This document shows positions 1 to 13,330 of a stretch of 64,000 nucleotides of DNA, piece by piece. Within the stretch, counting starts at the first letter, position 1. Every line of letters starts with the position of its first letter. The stretch covers positions 61,938,001-62,002,000 of the forward strand of contig OZ024742.1 of the NCBI GenBank assembly GCA_964016885.1, in the 5' to 3' direction. Source of the DNA: Eledone cirrhosa (lineage: Eukaryota). The position numbers and the translations under genes were made by a program. The notes beneath the pieces were generated by a model. The model searched no databases. It had not been told where the DNA came from and worked only from the letters and a program-made list of their open reading frames with translations.

Positions 1-185
1 TATATATATGTACATATATATACATATATATACATATATATACATATATATATATACATATATATACATATATATATATATACATATATATACATATATA
101 TATATACATATACATATATATGCATATACATATATATACATATACATATATATACATATATATATATATACATATATATATACAT

Positions 186-1288
186 TGGCCTTGCTCAGTA
201 TGTAGGAAAGGTGTAGGTAGGAACTCCATTCTCTGCCCCAAATGCAAACAATGGGTACACAAGAGATGTAGCGGGATCTCAGGAAGCTTAATTAAGAATG
301 TAGGATTCACATGCAGCAGCTGTGCTGAAACAGCAAGCAGCAAACAGCCACAGGAAACAAGTACCACCAATCTCTGGGAGGGCCCTGTAGAAACAGTAGA
401 CAGCTTCTGCTACCTAGGTGACCGAATTAGCAACGGAGGTGGGTGTTCAGAAAGTACAATAACTAGGGTAAGAACGGGATGGTAGAAGTTTAGGGAACTA
501 CTACCACTGCTAGCTGCAAAAGGCTTCTCCCTCAGAATGAAAGGCAGACTGTATGATGCGTGTATCCGAACAGCGATGTTGCATGGTAGTGAGACCTGGG
601 CGCTGAAGGTGGAAGACTTACGTAGATTAGAGAGAAACGAAGCCTGCATGCTCCGATGGATGTGTAACAGTAATATACGTGAACGACAAAGCATAAATGA
701 ATTGAGAGAGAGACTGAGCATAAGAGGAATCAAATGCTGTGTGCAGGAGAGGCGGTTGCGCTGGTACGGACATGTGATGCGTATGAAGGATGACAGCTGC
801 ATAAAAAGGTGCAGAGCACTAGAAGTTGATGGAAACCGCGGAGTGGGGAGACCCAAGATGACCTGGGATGAGGTGATAAAAGCCGACCTTACCCAATTAC
901 ACCTCTCAAAGACAATGACACACGACCGTGACTTCTGGCGTCACGCAGTAATACAGAGTACCCGACCTCCCATGGGTACATGCTGAAGCATATAAACAAT
1001 ATGCCCCCACACACCCCACCGCAAGGTGGTCGTGGAGGTGCTACGGCAAAAAAGCACCCAGCCCACACTGTAAAGTGGACGTGTAGGCGCCACGAAAAAG
1101 CACCCAGCACTCACTGTAAATGAGGTTGGTGTTAGGAAGGGCATCCAGCTGTAGAAATCAAGCCAGATCAGTTCCTGTATGAGCAAGGCATGGTCAGCCG
1201 ACCAGACACTGCACACAACAGGACAACCCGTCTAACCCATGCTAGCGTGGAAGAACGGACGTAAAACGGTGATGATGATGATGATGAC
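186..1288 (+). mobile_element. RTE LINE family C, 5'-truncated (PHD finger to 3' tail), with premature stop
   Basis: [14 protein letters not shown]...FCYLGD...[11 protein letters not shown]; TAG at 483-485; (GAT)n tail; TA arrays on both sides. Confidence 0.92.
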
Positions 1289-1490
1289 ATATATATACAT
1301 ATATATATATATATACATATATATACATATATATATATACATATACATATACACATATACATATATACGTATATATATATACCTATATATATATACATAT
1401 ATATATATACATATATATATATACATATACACAAATATATATACATATATATACATATACATACATATATATACATATATATACATATAC

Positions 1491-1521
<31 letters not shown>

Positions 1522-1734
1522 CATATACACAAATATATATACATATATATACATATACATACATATATATACATATATATATACATACATATATATACAT
1601 ATATATATACATATACATACATATACACATATATATATACATATACATACATATATATACATATACATATATAAATATACATATACATATATACGATATT
1701 AAATAAATGGAAACTATATTTATAAAACCATATC

Positions 1735-1800
1735 TATTTCACTATATATATTTCAGGGATATCATATTAACAATATGCTATGCCTTCCTCAGACAAAATA
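1735..1800 (-). ncRNA. Type I hammerhead ribozyme motif (minimal, palindromic stem III), left arm of inverted repeat
   Basis: Reverse complement of the 2549-2614 motif. Confidence 0.65.
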
Positions 1801-2548
1801 CAATATAAACAGTTTTATAGATAAATAGATTTGACATACCGTACAACATCGACTTGTATTTGAAAAGTTGAATTGGCAGTGAAAAAATTGTACACAGAGA
1901 GAAAGAAAGAGAGAAAAAGGAAAGAAAGACAGAAAACGAAGAAAAAGAAGAAAAAGAAGAAATGCATGGAACAAAATAGAGAGATGGAAAGATAGATAAA
2001 GAGAAGAACTTCATGTAAAGAAACAGAGAGAGATATATATATATAGAGAGAGAGAGGAAGATATACATATAGAAAACTATGTAGTGGGATATCCGTTGAG
2101 TAAACGTATCAATGATACATTTATTTATTTATTTATTTATTTAGCTCTAGTATTAATGTAAGGGAGATATATGTGGTTAGGAGAGAAACCAGCTGTTATA
2201 TAGAGAGAAAAATTAAAAATAACCAGACATAGGCGAGGCATAAAAACCCTATGTTTTAATGTAGAGGTATTAGTATGTATAAAAACCAGCCACTATATTG
2301 TAAATATCAGTATTCCTGAATGAGACATGTATCCATAATGTGTGAAAAGTAATGATCTTATGTTTAGTTTTTTTTTTTAAAATTCATATGTTTATGTGAT
2401 AACTACAAACATCTATGTGAATTCACATGATCAACTCTGCAAACCCTAGGTTCACGGAAAACATTCTCATTGCCAATTCAACTTTTCAAATACAAGTCGA
2501 TGTTGTATGGTATGTCAAATCTATTTATCTATAAAACTGTTTATATTG

Positions 2549-2614
2549 TATTTTGTCTGAGGAAGGCATAGCATATTGTTAATATGATATCCCTGAAATA
2601 TATATAGTGAAATA
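2549..2614 (+). ncRNA. Type I hammerhead ribozyme motif (minimal, palindromic stem III)
   Basis: tattttgt-CTGAGGA-stem II (aggcatagcatatt/aatatgatatccct)-GAAA-tatata-TA-gtgaaata; stem I has 3 G-U pairs. Confidence 0.65.
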
Positions 2615-2743
2615 GATATGGTTTTATAAATATAGTTTCCATTTATTTAATATCGTAAATATACTCCAAATACTTGTCGAGTGCTTTTATATCAGTTATA
2701 AATATTTACTCGTTGTAACCCAACAATTTAAATATAACTTTCC

Positions 2744-3515
2744 ATATACATATATATATATACATATACATACATATATATACATATACATACATATACA
2801 TATATATATATACATACATATACATATATATACATACATATACATATATATACATACATATACACATATATACATACATATATATACATATATATATATA
2901 CATATACATATACACATATATATATATACATATACATATACACATATACACATATATATACATATACACATATATATACATATACATTTATATATATACA
3001 TATATACATATACACATATATATATATATATACATATACACACATATATATATATATACATATATACATATATATATATACATATATACATATACACATG
3101 TACATATATACATATACACATATATATATATACATACATATATACATATACACACATATATATACATATACACATATATATATACACATATATACATATA
3201 TATATACATATATACATATACACATATATATACATATACATATATACATATACACATATACATATCATATATACATATACACATATATATATATACATAT
3301 ATACATATACACATATATATATACATATACACATATATATATACACATATACATATATATATATATATACACACACATATATATATACATATATACACAC
3401 ACATATATATATACATATACATATATAGATATACACATATATATACATATACACATATACATATACATATATACATATACATATATACATATATATATAC
3501 ATATATATATACATA
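2744..3515. repeat. Compound (TA)n/TACA/CACA microsatellite array (similar arrays at 1-185 and 1289-1692)
   Basis: Seen directly. Confidence 0.97.
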
Positions 3516-6318
3516 GACAGTAAGGAAGAGCAATTAGAGTTGTACAATATAGAGGAACAGTGGGTATTCCTGAAAGCTAACCTGCTGAAGGCGGCAGAAG
3601 TCTGTGGCTGGAGCAGGCCTATAGGCAGGAGGAGAGTAACATGGTGGTGGAACAGTAAGGTGGAGGAGTCAATTAAGGCCAAAAAGTAGGCTTGGAAAGT
3701 ATGGCGGGATGGGGGATGTAGAGAAGACTATCAAGTGGCCAGGAGGGAAGCTAGGAAACAAGTGTACTTCGCAAGAAGGGAAGCAGGGAAAGAAAGTTCA
3801 AGCATGTTCTACAACACAAGGACCAAAAACGTGGTGTTCAGGATTGCTAGACAATGTCTCAAGGAAAACCGTGATATTGTCGGGGAGAAGTGTGTCCTTA
3901 ATGATGATGGTGTACTTGCCGTCACTGATGCTGATAAGAAGGTAGCTTGGAAGTGTCACTACGAAAGGCTACTAAATGAGGAGAATAAATGGGAGAAAGA
4001 CAGTCTCCCCCACATCGATCCAATAGAGGGACCAGCAGTGCTAGTTGAAGGTAGTATAATAAGTAAGGCAATCAAAGATATGAAGACGGGTAAGGCAGCT
4101 GGGCCTTCGGAAATAGTTGCTGAAATGCTGAAAGCATCTGGAACGGTGGGACACACTATGGTCACCCGGATAGTAAACCAAGTCACACAGAATGGGGCTG
4201 TTCCGAAGGACTGGCGTAGCAGCATTATCATTAACTGCTACAAGGGTAAAGGAGATGCCCTAGATAAGGGTAACTATAGAGGCATTAAATTAATCGACCA
4301 GGTCATCAAGGTCACAGAAAAAGTAATAGCGCAACTAATCAGAGAACCAATTGATCTAGATGAACTGCAGTTCGGGTTTGTGTCAGGTAAAAGTACCAGA
4401 AACGCTCTTTTCAGAAGTACCTAGCTAAAAGTAAACCCCTATACTTAGCTTTTGTTGACTTGGAGAAGGCCTTTGACAGAGTACCCCGCTCCATTATCTG
4501 GTGGGCGCTTAGAAAACTAGGTGTTGATCAATGGCTTGTGAGAGCTATACAAGCCATGTATAAAGAAACAGTCAGCAAGGTTAGAATTAACAACGAATAT
4601 AGTGAAGAGTTTAGCATAAAAGTTGGTGTCCATCAGGGCTCCGTTCTTAGCCCCCTACTATTTATTATTGCCCTTCAGGCCATAACAGAGGAGTTCAAGA
4701 CCGGCTGCCCATGGGAACTCCTATATGCAGATGATCTAACGCTCATAGCTGAATCAATGGCTGAACAAGAGAAGAAATTCCAAACATGGAAGCATGGCCT
4801 AGAATCAAAAGGCCTTAAAGTTAACTTGTCTAAGACTAAAGTTCTAGTTTGTAGGAAGGAAAATAGGGCACCGGTCCCATCTAGGAAATGGCCAGGCTCA
4901 GTGTGTAGGAAAGGAGTAGGCAGAAACTCCATTTTATGTCCCAAATGCAAAGTATGGGTGCATAAAAGATGTAGTGAGATCACAGGTAAGCTAACTAAGA
5001 ATATAGATTTTATATGTGGTCGGTGCTCTGGTGCAATAAGTAGCAGCAAGTGCCCACTAAATACTAGCTCATTCCATTGCACAGATGGTTCTATAGAAAT
5101 AGTGGACACCTTCTGTTACCTGGGTGACAAAATCAGCAGTGGGAGAGGGTGCTCTGAAAGTACAGTAGCTAGAGTCAGAACGGGATGGAAAAAGTTCAGA
5201 GAGCTTATACCACTATTGGCCGCTGAAGGGTTCTCTCTAAAAATGAAAGGCAGGCTGTATGATGCCTGCATACGAACAATGGCAGTGAGACATGGGCATT
5301 GTGTGCAGAGGATATACGCAGACTGGAGAGAAACGAAGCTTGCATGCTCCGCTGGATGTGTAATAGTAATATACGTGAATGGCAAAGCATAGATGAACTA
5401 AGGGAGAAATTAGGAATAAGAGGGATCAGATGTTGTTTACTCGAGAGAAGACTACGTTGGTACGGTCACGTGATGCACATGAAAGACGACAGTTGTATAA
5501 AAAAGTGCAGGGCAATAAAAATAGACGGTAGCCACGGAGTAGGCAGATCCAGTAAAACCTGGGACTTGATAAATTCCGACCTCACACACACCTCTCCAAG
5601 ACAATGTCACTGGACCGAGACCTTTGGCGCTACACAGTAATACAGAAGACCCACCTTGCCTAAGTACAAAGCGAAACCTAGTCAGTAGGCACCTCTAAGA
5701 AAATACACCCCTGTCCCACTACCCCCACTCCATCCACACCACTCCCTTAAATGTGAAGTTATGTTGGTACCACAACATCCAGTCCAAAACAAATGAGGTC
5801 ATGTAGGTCTCACGACAAAAAAACACACAGTCCACGCTGTAATGTGGCCGTGTAGGTAACACGGTAAAAATCTCCCAGTCCACACTGTAAATGTGGTTGG
5901 TGTTGGGAAGGGCACCCAGCCGTAGAAAACCCGCCAGACGTGTAGGTGTCACGACAAAAAAACACACAGTCCATGCAATAATGTGGCCGTGTAGGTAACA
6001 CGGTAAAAACCTCCCAGTCCACACTGTAAATGTGGTTGGTGTTGGGAAGGGCACCCAGCCGTAGAAAACCCGCCAGACGTGTAGGTGTCACGACAAAAAA
6101 ACACACAGTCCATGCAATAATGTGGCCGTGTAGGTAACACGGTAAAAACCCCCAGTCCACACTGTAAACGTGGTTGGTGTTAGGAAGGGTATCCAGCCGT
6201 AGAAAACCCGCCAGACAGTCCTATACGAGCAAGACAACCACTCTTGCCTCAAGTGGGAAAACTCCCGTCCAAACCCATGCAAGCGTGGAAGATGGACGTT
6301 AAACGATGATGATGATAC
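3516..6318 (+). mobile_element. RTE LINE family A (older variant), 5'-truncated, multiply disrupted, with triplicated 3' UTR segment
   Basis: RT motifs ([38 protein letters not shown]) split over several ORFs; (GAT)n tail. Confidence 0.95.
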
Positions 6319-9039
6319 ATATATATATATACATATATACATGCATATATACATACATATATACATATATATATATATGCATATATATATATATATATCA
6401 AGAGAAAAGATATTACATAGAAATGTGATTTATACACAAGGCTCTTCTTTAACAATATTTATATATTAGAAAGTCATTTAGTTTAACAAAATGAAAGATA
6501 ACAGAAATAAATATATTTTATATATATCTATAATCTTTTAAGTGCTCACACTTGCAAGTTTTGTTTTGTTTTTATCATGAATGACGGAAGTATTTTTAAG
6601 TTTTAAAAACTTTGTGTATTCATCTATTTATATCAAGTTCTGTCTTAATTTTGTAGTTTATTATATGTAATGTAACCGGTTCAACATGACAGCACTATCA
6701 CAGTTTTTTTCTATTTTCTTTAAAAATCGTTTCAATTCCTTTCTTAAGCTTCCAATTGCCCAGTGGTCCTTACTGCAACTGGGTTTTGGGGGCGGGAGGA
6801 GGAGGCAGTACCTTAATCTTTGCTAAAAGAAAGACTGCTATAAGAGATATAATAAAATCACAGAGAAAATGCTATTGTTAAAAGAAGTGATGTTATTAGC
6901 TAATAATACACGGGAGCCGTTATCATCCTGTGGTGTTTTCTGAAGAGTCAACAAAGCAGCCACTCAAAGCGTTTCAACATTGGCAACACATTTTTTAAAA
7001 TAATATTTTTCATGACACATTGTTTTGTTAGCGACACAAAAATAAAAAATATATATATAAATAAGAGAACAGATTGCAACCCTCATACATTTCCTGATTA
7101 TGCTTGACCATGAGTTTGTACATTAAAAGTTTCTCTCAAAGGCGCAAGTCTAGGCAAGATGTTTAGTGGGTGACCTGCAGTAGCCAATAGACACCAGTCT
7201 CTTGTCACCTCGCCACAAATGTATGATCAATCTTTGCACCAATATCGTTGTAACTTATTTTATCCTGCTGAGTGTACTGGAGCCATGTGAAATAGTGTCT
7301 TACTCAAGAACTCAACGCGACACTCGGCCAAGGAATCTCGTCTTACAATCGCATGTTCAACACTGACCACTAGGCCACACGCCTTCATGAATCATGAAGT
7401 AAGAAGACAATTGATTGTGTAGTCCTGGATGCACAATATCCAAACATAATCACAACTAAAACGTCTTTGATAATAAGTTGAAGTAAGATTCTATAGTTCC
7501 AGTCTGAGGAAAGATTGGTCAACCTTAGTCATGCACTGATAAACAAAAATAAAAACAAAAAAATAAAATAAAAATGTGTTGCTAATTATAACTGCCCAAA
7601 AACTTTCAGAATTTTATTTCCATATTTTAAAAACAGAAATATCGAAAATGTAACAAAACCTGAAAATTTTTGGCGAAAATTCGGAAATATGAACATGAAA
7701 AGAGAAAGATTTTGAAATTGCATGACACAAAATATTCCTTGAATGAAGTATTTCCGTTACTTCTTTCCTTTCTCTTGGGATTTTTTTTTGAGAGAAGAGA
7801 GGTTTATTAATGCTTCCGTATAGGCTACTGTTTCTGCTACGTCTAATTCAGATGATGTACTTGTTACCGTTATTATATTTATTGTTACGCTCATATTCAT
7901 TGTTGTTGCTGTCTTTGTTGGTGCTGTACTAGTTAATGTTTCCGTTTCTACTGCTGCTGTTGTGTTTAATTCAGATGTTCTTGTATTTTTAGTGTTGCTG
8001 ATGTTATTGTTTTTTTTTTTTGTTTTTGTTACTGTTGTGAATATTGCTGTTATTTTATTGTTTTTTTGTTGTTCTTTGTTGTTTATTTTTATAACACTAT
8101 CGAGTTCTGTTACATCATATCCATGATGCAAATTTTTGTCAGAATATTTATGAATGATAGAAAAATATTTTTCAAGTCTTCAAATGGAAAGCTATTGTTT
8201 CGATCTTTCAATCTCAAACTGAAAATGAGTTTCAATATTTTTTTTTTTTTATTATTTTAGATTGCACTTTGCTGACCTTCAACAATAGTTTGATTTGTTC
8301 TGTTGCTTTTTATTCTAAGATTTATTTATTTAGATTTTTTGGTTTTAATCACATTGTGGTGCAGATTTGTCAAGTGGGAGAATATGCTACTTAGAGATAT
8401 AGAGATGTCTTAATTTCAATTTCTCTAGCAGAATAGGTGTTTTTGGACTATACATATATATATATCCCTAAACTTAAAACAATTACATCGTGGAAGTATA
8501 TATTAGATATTATATACCAGTTATATAGTGAAGCATTTGAAACTATAAATAAGCGTAGACATGCGATTTCTGGCTCAGTCCCACTGCATGGCTTATTCAG
8601 CAAGTGTCTCTTACTAGAGCCTCTGGTTAACCAATGCTTTATGAGTGAAATCTGGTGAATGGAAACTGCAGGAGCCCGTCGTATGTATGTGTGTGTGTTT
8701 AAATTTGAGTATGTGTTTATGCCCCGTAATTTAGCAATTAAACAAAAGGAGATCGATAAAATAAGTACCAGTCTTCCAAACGTAAATATGATCCAGTAAA
8801 TACAAATAACTGACACAAGTAAAAGAATTAATTAGTTATTATATACGTTCTATGTAATCTAACCTATCACATGGTCAGTTAGTCGGCGACTAAACCAACA
8901 ACCCCACCAAGCTTGCTTAACGAGGAGAGGGAATTTTGGACACCCTGCAAGATAAAAAACAAAACCCATCAAAGGGTGGAGGAAATCAGGAGAATCAGTG
9001 GCCATCCAGTGCGGGTAGACAGAGCTAGTTAGCAATGGT

Positions 9040-9425
9040 TGGCATCGGCAGTATCAGTAGAGGGTCTGATGCCATGCTTCACAGCAAAGAGTTACGGTCC
9101 TTGCCATTCTGAGTTCAAATCCCGCCGAGGTTAACTTTGCCTTTCATCCTTACGGGGTCGATAAAATAAAGTACCAGTAATACACTGGGACAATTGCTGG
9201 CCTTGTGCCGAAAGTAGAAACAATTATGTCTAGAGAAAGAGCGGTGGTTTGGAACTATCGATAGAGCATCAGACACCATGCTTTGCAGAATAGTTATGGC
9301 CCTTTACGTTCTGAGTTAAAATCCCGACGAGGTTAAATTTACCATTCATCCTTATGGGGTCGATAATATAAAGCACCAGTAATTCACTGGGGTTGCTGGC
9401 CTTGAGCCAAAAGTAGAAACATTAT
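9040..9425 (+). mobile_element. Two tandem SINE copies with a Meta-domain-like centre (others at ~22356-22565 + and ~28960-29140 -)
   Basis: B box gagttcaaatcc followed by gccgaggttaactttgcctttcatccttacggggtcgataaaataaagtaccag; the family name is from recollection. Confidence 0.7.
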
Positions 9426-10079
9426 GTCTAGGAGAAAGATCACTGATTTCTTATGTGACAACCTTTTGGGTGGCCAACAACTCCATTCTTAAGATGAAGG
9501 CAGATAAACTGCGATTTAGCTAACTTCCGAGTAATGGTTGAATGAAGATTCGGGACCCACCAACGTCACCTTTTTCCCATGGACATGTAGAATGTCCATG
9601 GTTCCTGACACTCAGTTATGAGGATAGGAAGAGACCAGACCAATGTAGTATAACATCTGTAAATATCGTCACTGTTATAAGTGTGGGCAAAAATGGATTT
9701 GTATGTTACTTCTTTACTTTCTCTCCATCTCCTGTCTCTCTCTCTCCCTCAGAGGTTTTTATAACTCTAGTTCGTGGCTTGCTGTAGGCTAATTGCGATC
9801 TTGTAACTCCTTCAGAACAATGGATCTCTGGTCCGATGTCTGCGCTGCTTTCAGATATACAATAAGCTCGAAGAAACCTGCTCCACATGAGTCATATATA
9901 GAAACGAATATACTTGTTCAGGGGACCAGACTTAAAGTGGTGGATAATTTTGTGTAAAATCAGCCATGTGTGCCAACAAATTTATTTCTTATTAGAGGAC
10001 CAGATTTGATAGCATTTCACAATCCATCCAACTCTTGCTGGCAGGGAAATGGACATTAAAAATGATTATAAAAAGTAAA

Positions 10080-10378
10080 GACCTCCTTCAGTCATCAATG
10101 ACCATGGGATGTGCACCATGAAAGTTCTCTGAGATACAAGTTTGGGCAAGGTTGTTTGTGGAAGAGCAGCAGTCGCCCATACATAGCAGTCTCCCCTCTT
10201 CACACCACCAACGTTGGCACCAGTGATGTCGCAACTCATTTCTACAGCAGAGAAAACTGGAGCAATATGAATAAAGTGTCTTGCTCAAAGACATAATGCA
10301 TTACTTAGTCTGAGAATCAAACTCACAACCTCAAGATTGCAAGCCCATTGCTCTAACCACTAAGCCTTATGCCTTCAC
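10080..10378 (-). mobile_element. tRNA-headed CORE-like SINE with a different tail (related decayed copies at ~7120-7388, 19840-20056, 20893-21010, 41889-42108, 53265-53400)
   Basis: ggcttagtggttagagca...gagtttgattc...ttgagcaagacacttt...tgctccag. Confidence 0.75.
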
Positions 10379-10389
10379 AAGATATTGTG

Positions 10390-10461
10390 TTCACATGCCA
10401 GGAATCGAACCCAGGCCACCTGGTTGAAAGCCAGGAATTCTAACCACTATATAATATATAG
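10390..10461 (-). pseudogene. tRNA-Glu(TTC)-like pseudogene
   Basis: Anticodon arm cctgg-ctTTCaa-ccagg, T arm ctggg-ttcgatt-cctgg, D loop agtggtta; the 5' acceptor strand and D stem no longer pair. Confidence 0.7.
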
Positions 10462-12520
10462 AGAGATAGCTATGAACCCAACCAGAATGCCTAGCGGTTT
10501 TTGTTTGTGTGTTCAGCAAGCCTTTTCAAGGGTGTATACCCACTCTGTATCTCCCCATGCATTGAGTTCTCCCGTGATTTGAGGTCTCCCTGGTCTCAGC
10601 ACCACAATCTCTATCATCCTTATATATATAATCATATATATATATATATATTGTGATGTGTACCTATGTATGTGAGTCTCTGTGCATGTTTATATTGATA
10701 CCATTCAGAACAAATGGTGCCTTTGTTCCGGTTCCACATAAAAAGGATGTCCTGCAAGATACTGCTTCATTGAATACCAATAGTATATACAATACTTATA
10801 AAAAATATAGGGCTTGGCATTAGAAAACAGGAAGCATGCCTAGCCACCAAATAACTGCCTCAAGAAATTTCTGGCCAAAATACAAATGCAATAAGAAATT
10901 CTATGTTCCTAAATGCAATCACAAATTTTATTCTGATAGTTTCTTCCCTTGCACATCTTGCCTATGTAATTCTCTTCCAGCTTTTTGCTTTCCTGACCAC
11001 TACAATTTGAAAAATTCAAAAGCAATGTCAATTGTCATCTCTCTCCTTAAATTATGTTCTCTCCATCTTGTCCTGATTCCTTCTCAGGAACCCCTTGCAC
11101 TTTTGTGGTTTTATTACTTTACTTGAAGTGGTGAGTTAAAAAAAAACAAAAAAACATGCCAGTGTGGAAAAGTGGACATAAAATGATGATGATGGTGCTT
11201 GTGATGGTGGTGGTGGGGATGAACATCATAAAAACAATTATGATGAGGATAATGAACATATGATAAAAATGATAATGATGACAAAGGTGATGTTGATGAT
11301 CATGATGAATAACAACAACGTGATTCAAGTGAAATCTGATTCTTCATTTCTTTTTTTTTTCCTTACATTATCTTTTGTTTGTTTTACTTTCAAAATCTCA
11401 TTACATCGTTTTCTTCCTTCAAAAAGACATTGATCTTTTTGCCTTTTTGTTTGTTGTTTAAAACTAATTATTGCTGTCATGATGAAGGAGGAGAAATAAT
11501 TCAAATGGCTGTTGAATTTTTTTTATTTTTATTACATGTTTGGTGCCTGAGGTGGTGCTTCTCAATTCTCAAGAGAGAGGGCATTGCAGTGAGAAAGTAA
11601 AGAGAGAGAAATAAAAAAAAAAAACAATCATTTATTCTGAAAGGCATCTTGGTTATTTTCTTTTTCAATCCAATTTGCTGTAAATAAAACGAAAGTGAAA
11701 GTAGAGATATGATACATTAGAAACAGAGATCAGCAAACTTTTTTATTTGGGAGGGCAGGTTGGATTGTTAAGTTGTTTTTTTTTTACATCTTAAAGACCA
11801 TTTAGAGGGATAATAAAGTAGCAGAGTAAATAAATGATTTATTCTTTAGTCATGAGACTGAGACCAAGTTAGCACAAAACTTTCAAGGAATTTGGTAATT
11901 CATATTGACCCCACCACATGGATTTTTTTTTTTCAAGTCTAGTTCTAATTTTATCTACATATTTTTTTAAGCATGGACATAAATAACCAGGACATAAATA
12001 AACAGTAAGCCTACATACAAGCACACACACATTTGGCAGAATTATTAAGCTGTTAGATTTAATAAGTACTTTATTCTTTTACTGGTTTCAGTCATAAGAC
12101 CAAAGACATGTGGAGGTAGGGCACTGTTAAGCAATTTAGTAAATTACCTTCCCTACCCTAGTGGAGGAGAATAGAAAGCATATCATAGGTAAAGAAAGGG
12201 CCATGGATGGGGAAATGATAAGTGTAAGTCATGGGTGCATGACAGGTATGGTAGAGGTGAGACGGTATGTCATGGCTGTATAAGCGTGGTGGCAATAGAT
12301 AAGATGATATGAGGGAAAGGAGGCATGATCTTAGAGAAGGTACAGTGGTGATGCAAACAACAACTAAGGAGTTATGACTGGAGCTTTGAGTTTAACTGGA
12401 GTGGAGGTGGTCCTGGGTAGAGTGGTTGGTGTCAGGAAGGACATCTGGATGTAAAATATTGCCTCAAAACCCATGCCAATATGGAAAGGTCAATATAAAA
12501 ATTATAATTATACACACACA

Positions 12521-12852
12521 TCATCATCATTTTACGTCCGCTTTTCCTTGCTTGCAAGGGTGGGACGGGAACTGATTCTGGCTTGATTTCTACAGCTGGA
12601 TGCCTTTCCAAACACCAACCTCATTTACAGTGAGTGCTGGGTGCTTTTTTGCCGTGGCACCTCCACGACCACTTTACAGTGGAATGATAGGGACCCCAGT
12701 ACCTATCATCTCATTTCTACAGCTGAGTAAACTGGAGCAATGTGAAATAAAGTGTCTTGCTCAAGGAAACAACACATCACCCGGTCTGAGAATTGAACTC
12801 ACAACCTTTCGATTCCAAGGCCAATGCTCTAACCACTAAGCCATGTGCCTCC
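12521..12852 (-). mobile_element. Chimeric SINE: tRNA-like head, CORE-like domain, RTE UTR module, RTE-B tail
   Basis: A box tggcttagtgg, B box gagttcaattc; ccttgagcaagacacttt; tail cccttgcaagcaaggaaaagcggacgtaaaatgatgat. Confidence 0.85.
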
Positions 12853-12875
12853 ATATATATATATATATATATATG

Positions 12876-13247
12876 TGTACGTATTGTATATTGAATAATA
12901 AATGCGATATTTATGAAAAACATTTGAAGGTTTTTCACTGAATTTTTAAGATCGTGATCATCGGCACACACCGAGCCTCAGCAAAAACAGGGGGAAATAA
13001 TCAACGCATTTCTTGCTTATTAGCGGTTATTGAGCCTACATATCTCCCGTCTTTGTTGAGGCTAATGTAAGCTTGAATCTTATAAATTTCAACCTATGTT
13101 TATAAGCTGATGAAAATCATTTGCATACGGAACAGTAGCCAGTCCAGCTTAAATTGATAATGATCACAACCTTAAAAATTCATAGCAAAAGCCGTCAAAT
13201 GTTTTTCATAATCATCCCATATATTATTCAACATACAATACATACAT
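12876..13247. mobile_element. MITE or fold-back element with ~90 bp imperfect TIRs and an internal hairpin
   Basis: gtattgtatattgaataata...atcgtgatcat pairs with atgatcacaac...tattattcaacatacaatac; inner stem agcctcagcaaa/tttgttgaggct. Confidence 0.6.
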
Positions 13248-13280
13248 TTATATGTATATTGCGCTATGCTGGAGCACCAA

Positions 13281-13330
<50 letters not shown>

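Larger units (their letters stand above)
1693..2656. mobile_element. Fold-back element with ~186 bp inverted arms, each holding a hammerhead; probable Penelope-like remnant
   Basis: 1693-1878 is the near-perfect reverse complement of 2471-2656; ~590 bp spacer; lies between TA arrays. Confidence 0.7.

Noticed and set aside
410-856. Antisense ORFs over RTE coding regions (many copies)
   Set aside because: Shadow frames of the RT sequence with variable starts and stops between copies; no independent coding signal.
10390-10461. Functional tRNA-Glu gene
   Set aside because: Acceptor and D stems are disrupted; recorded as a pseudogene.
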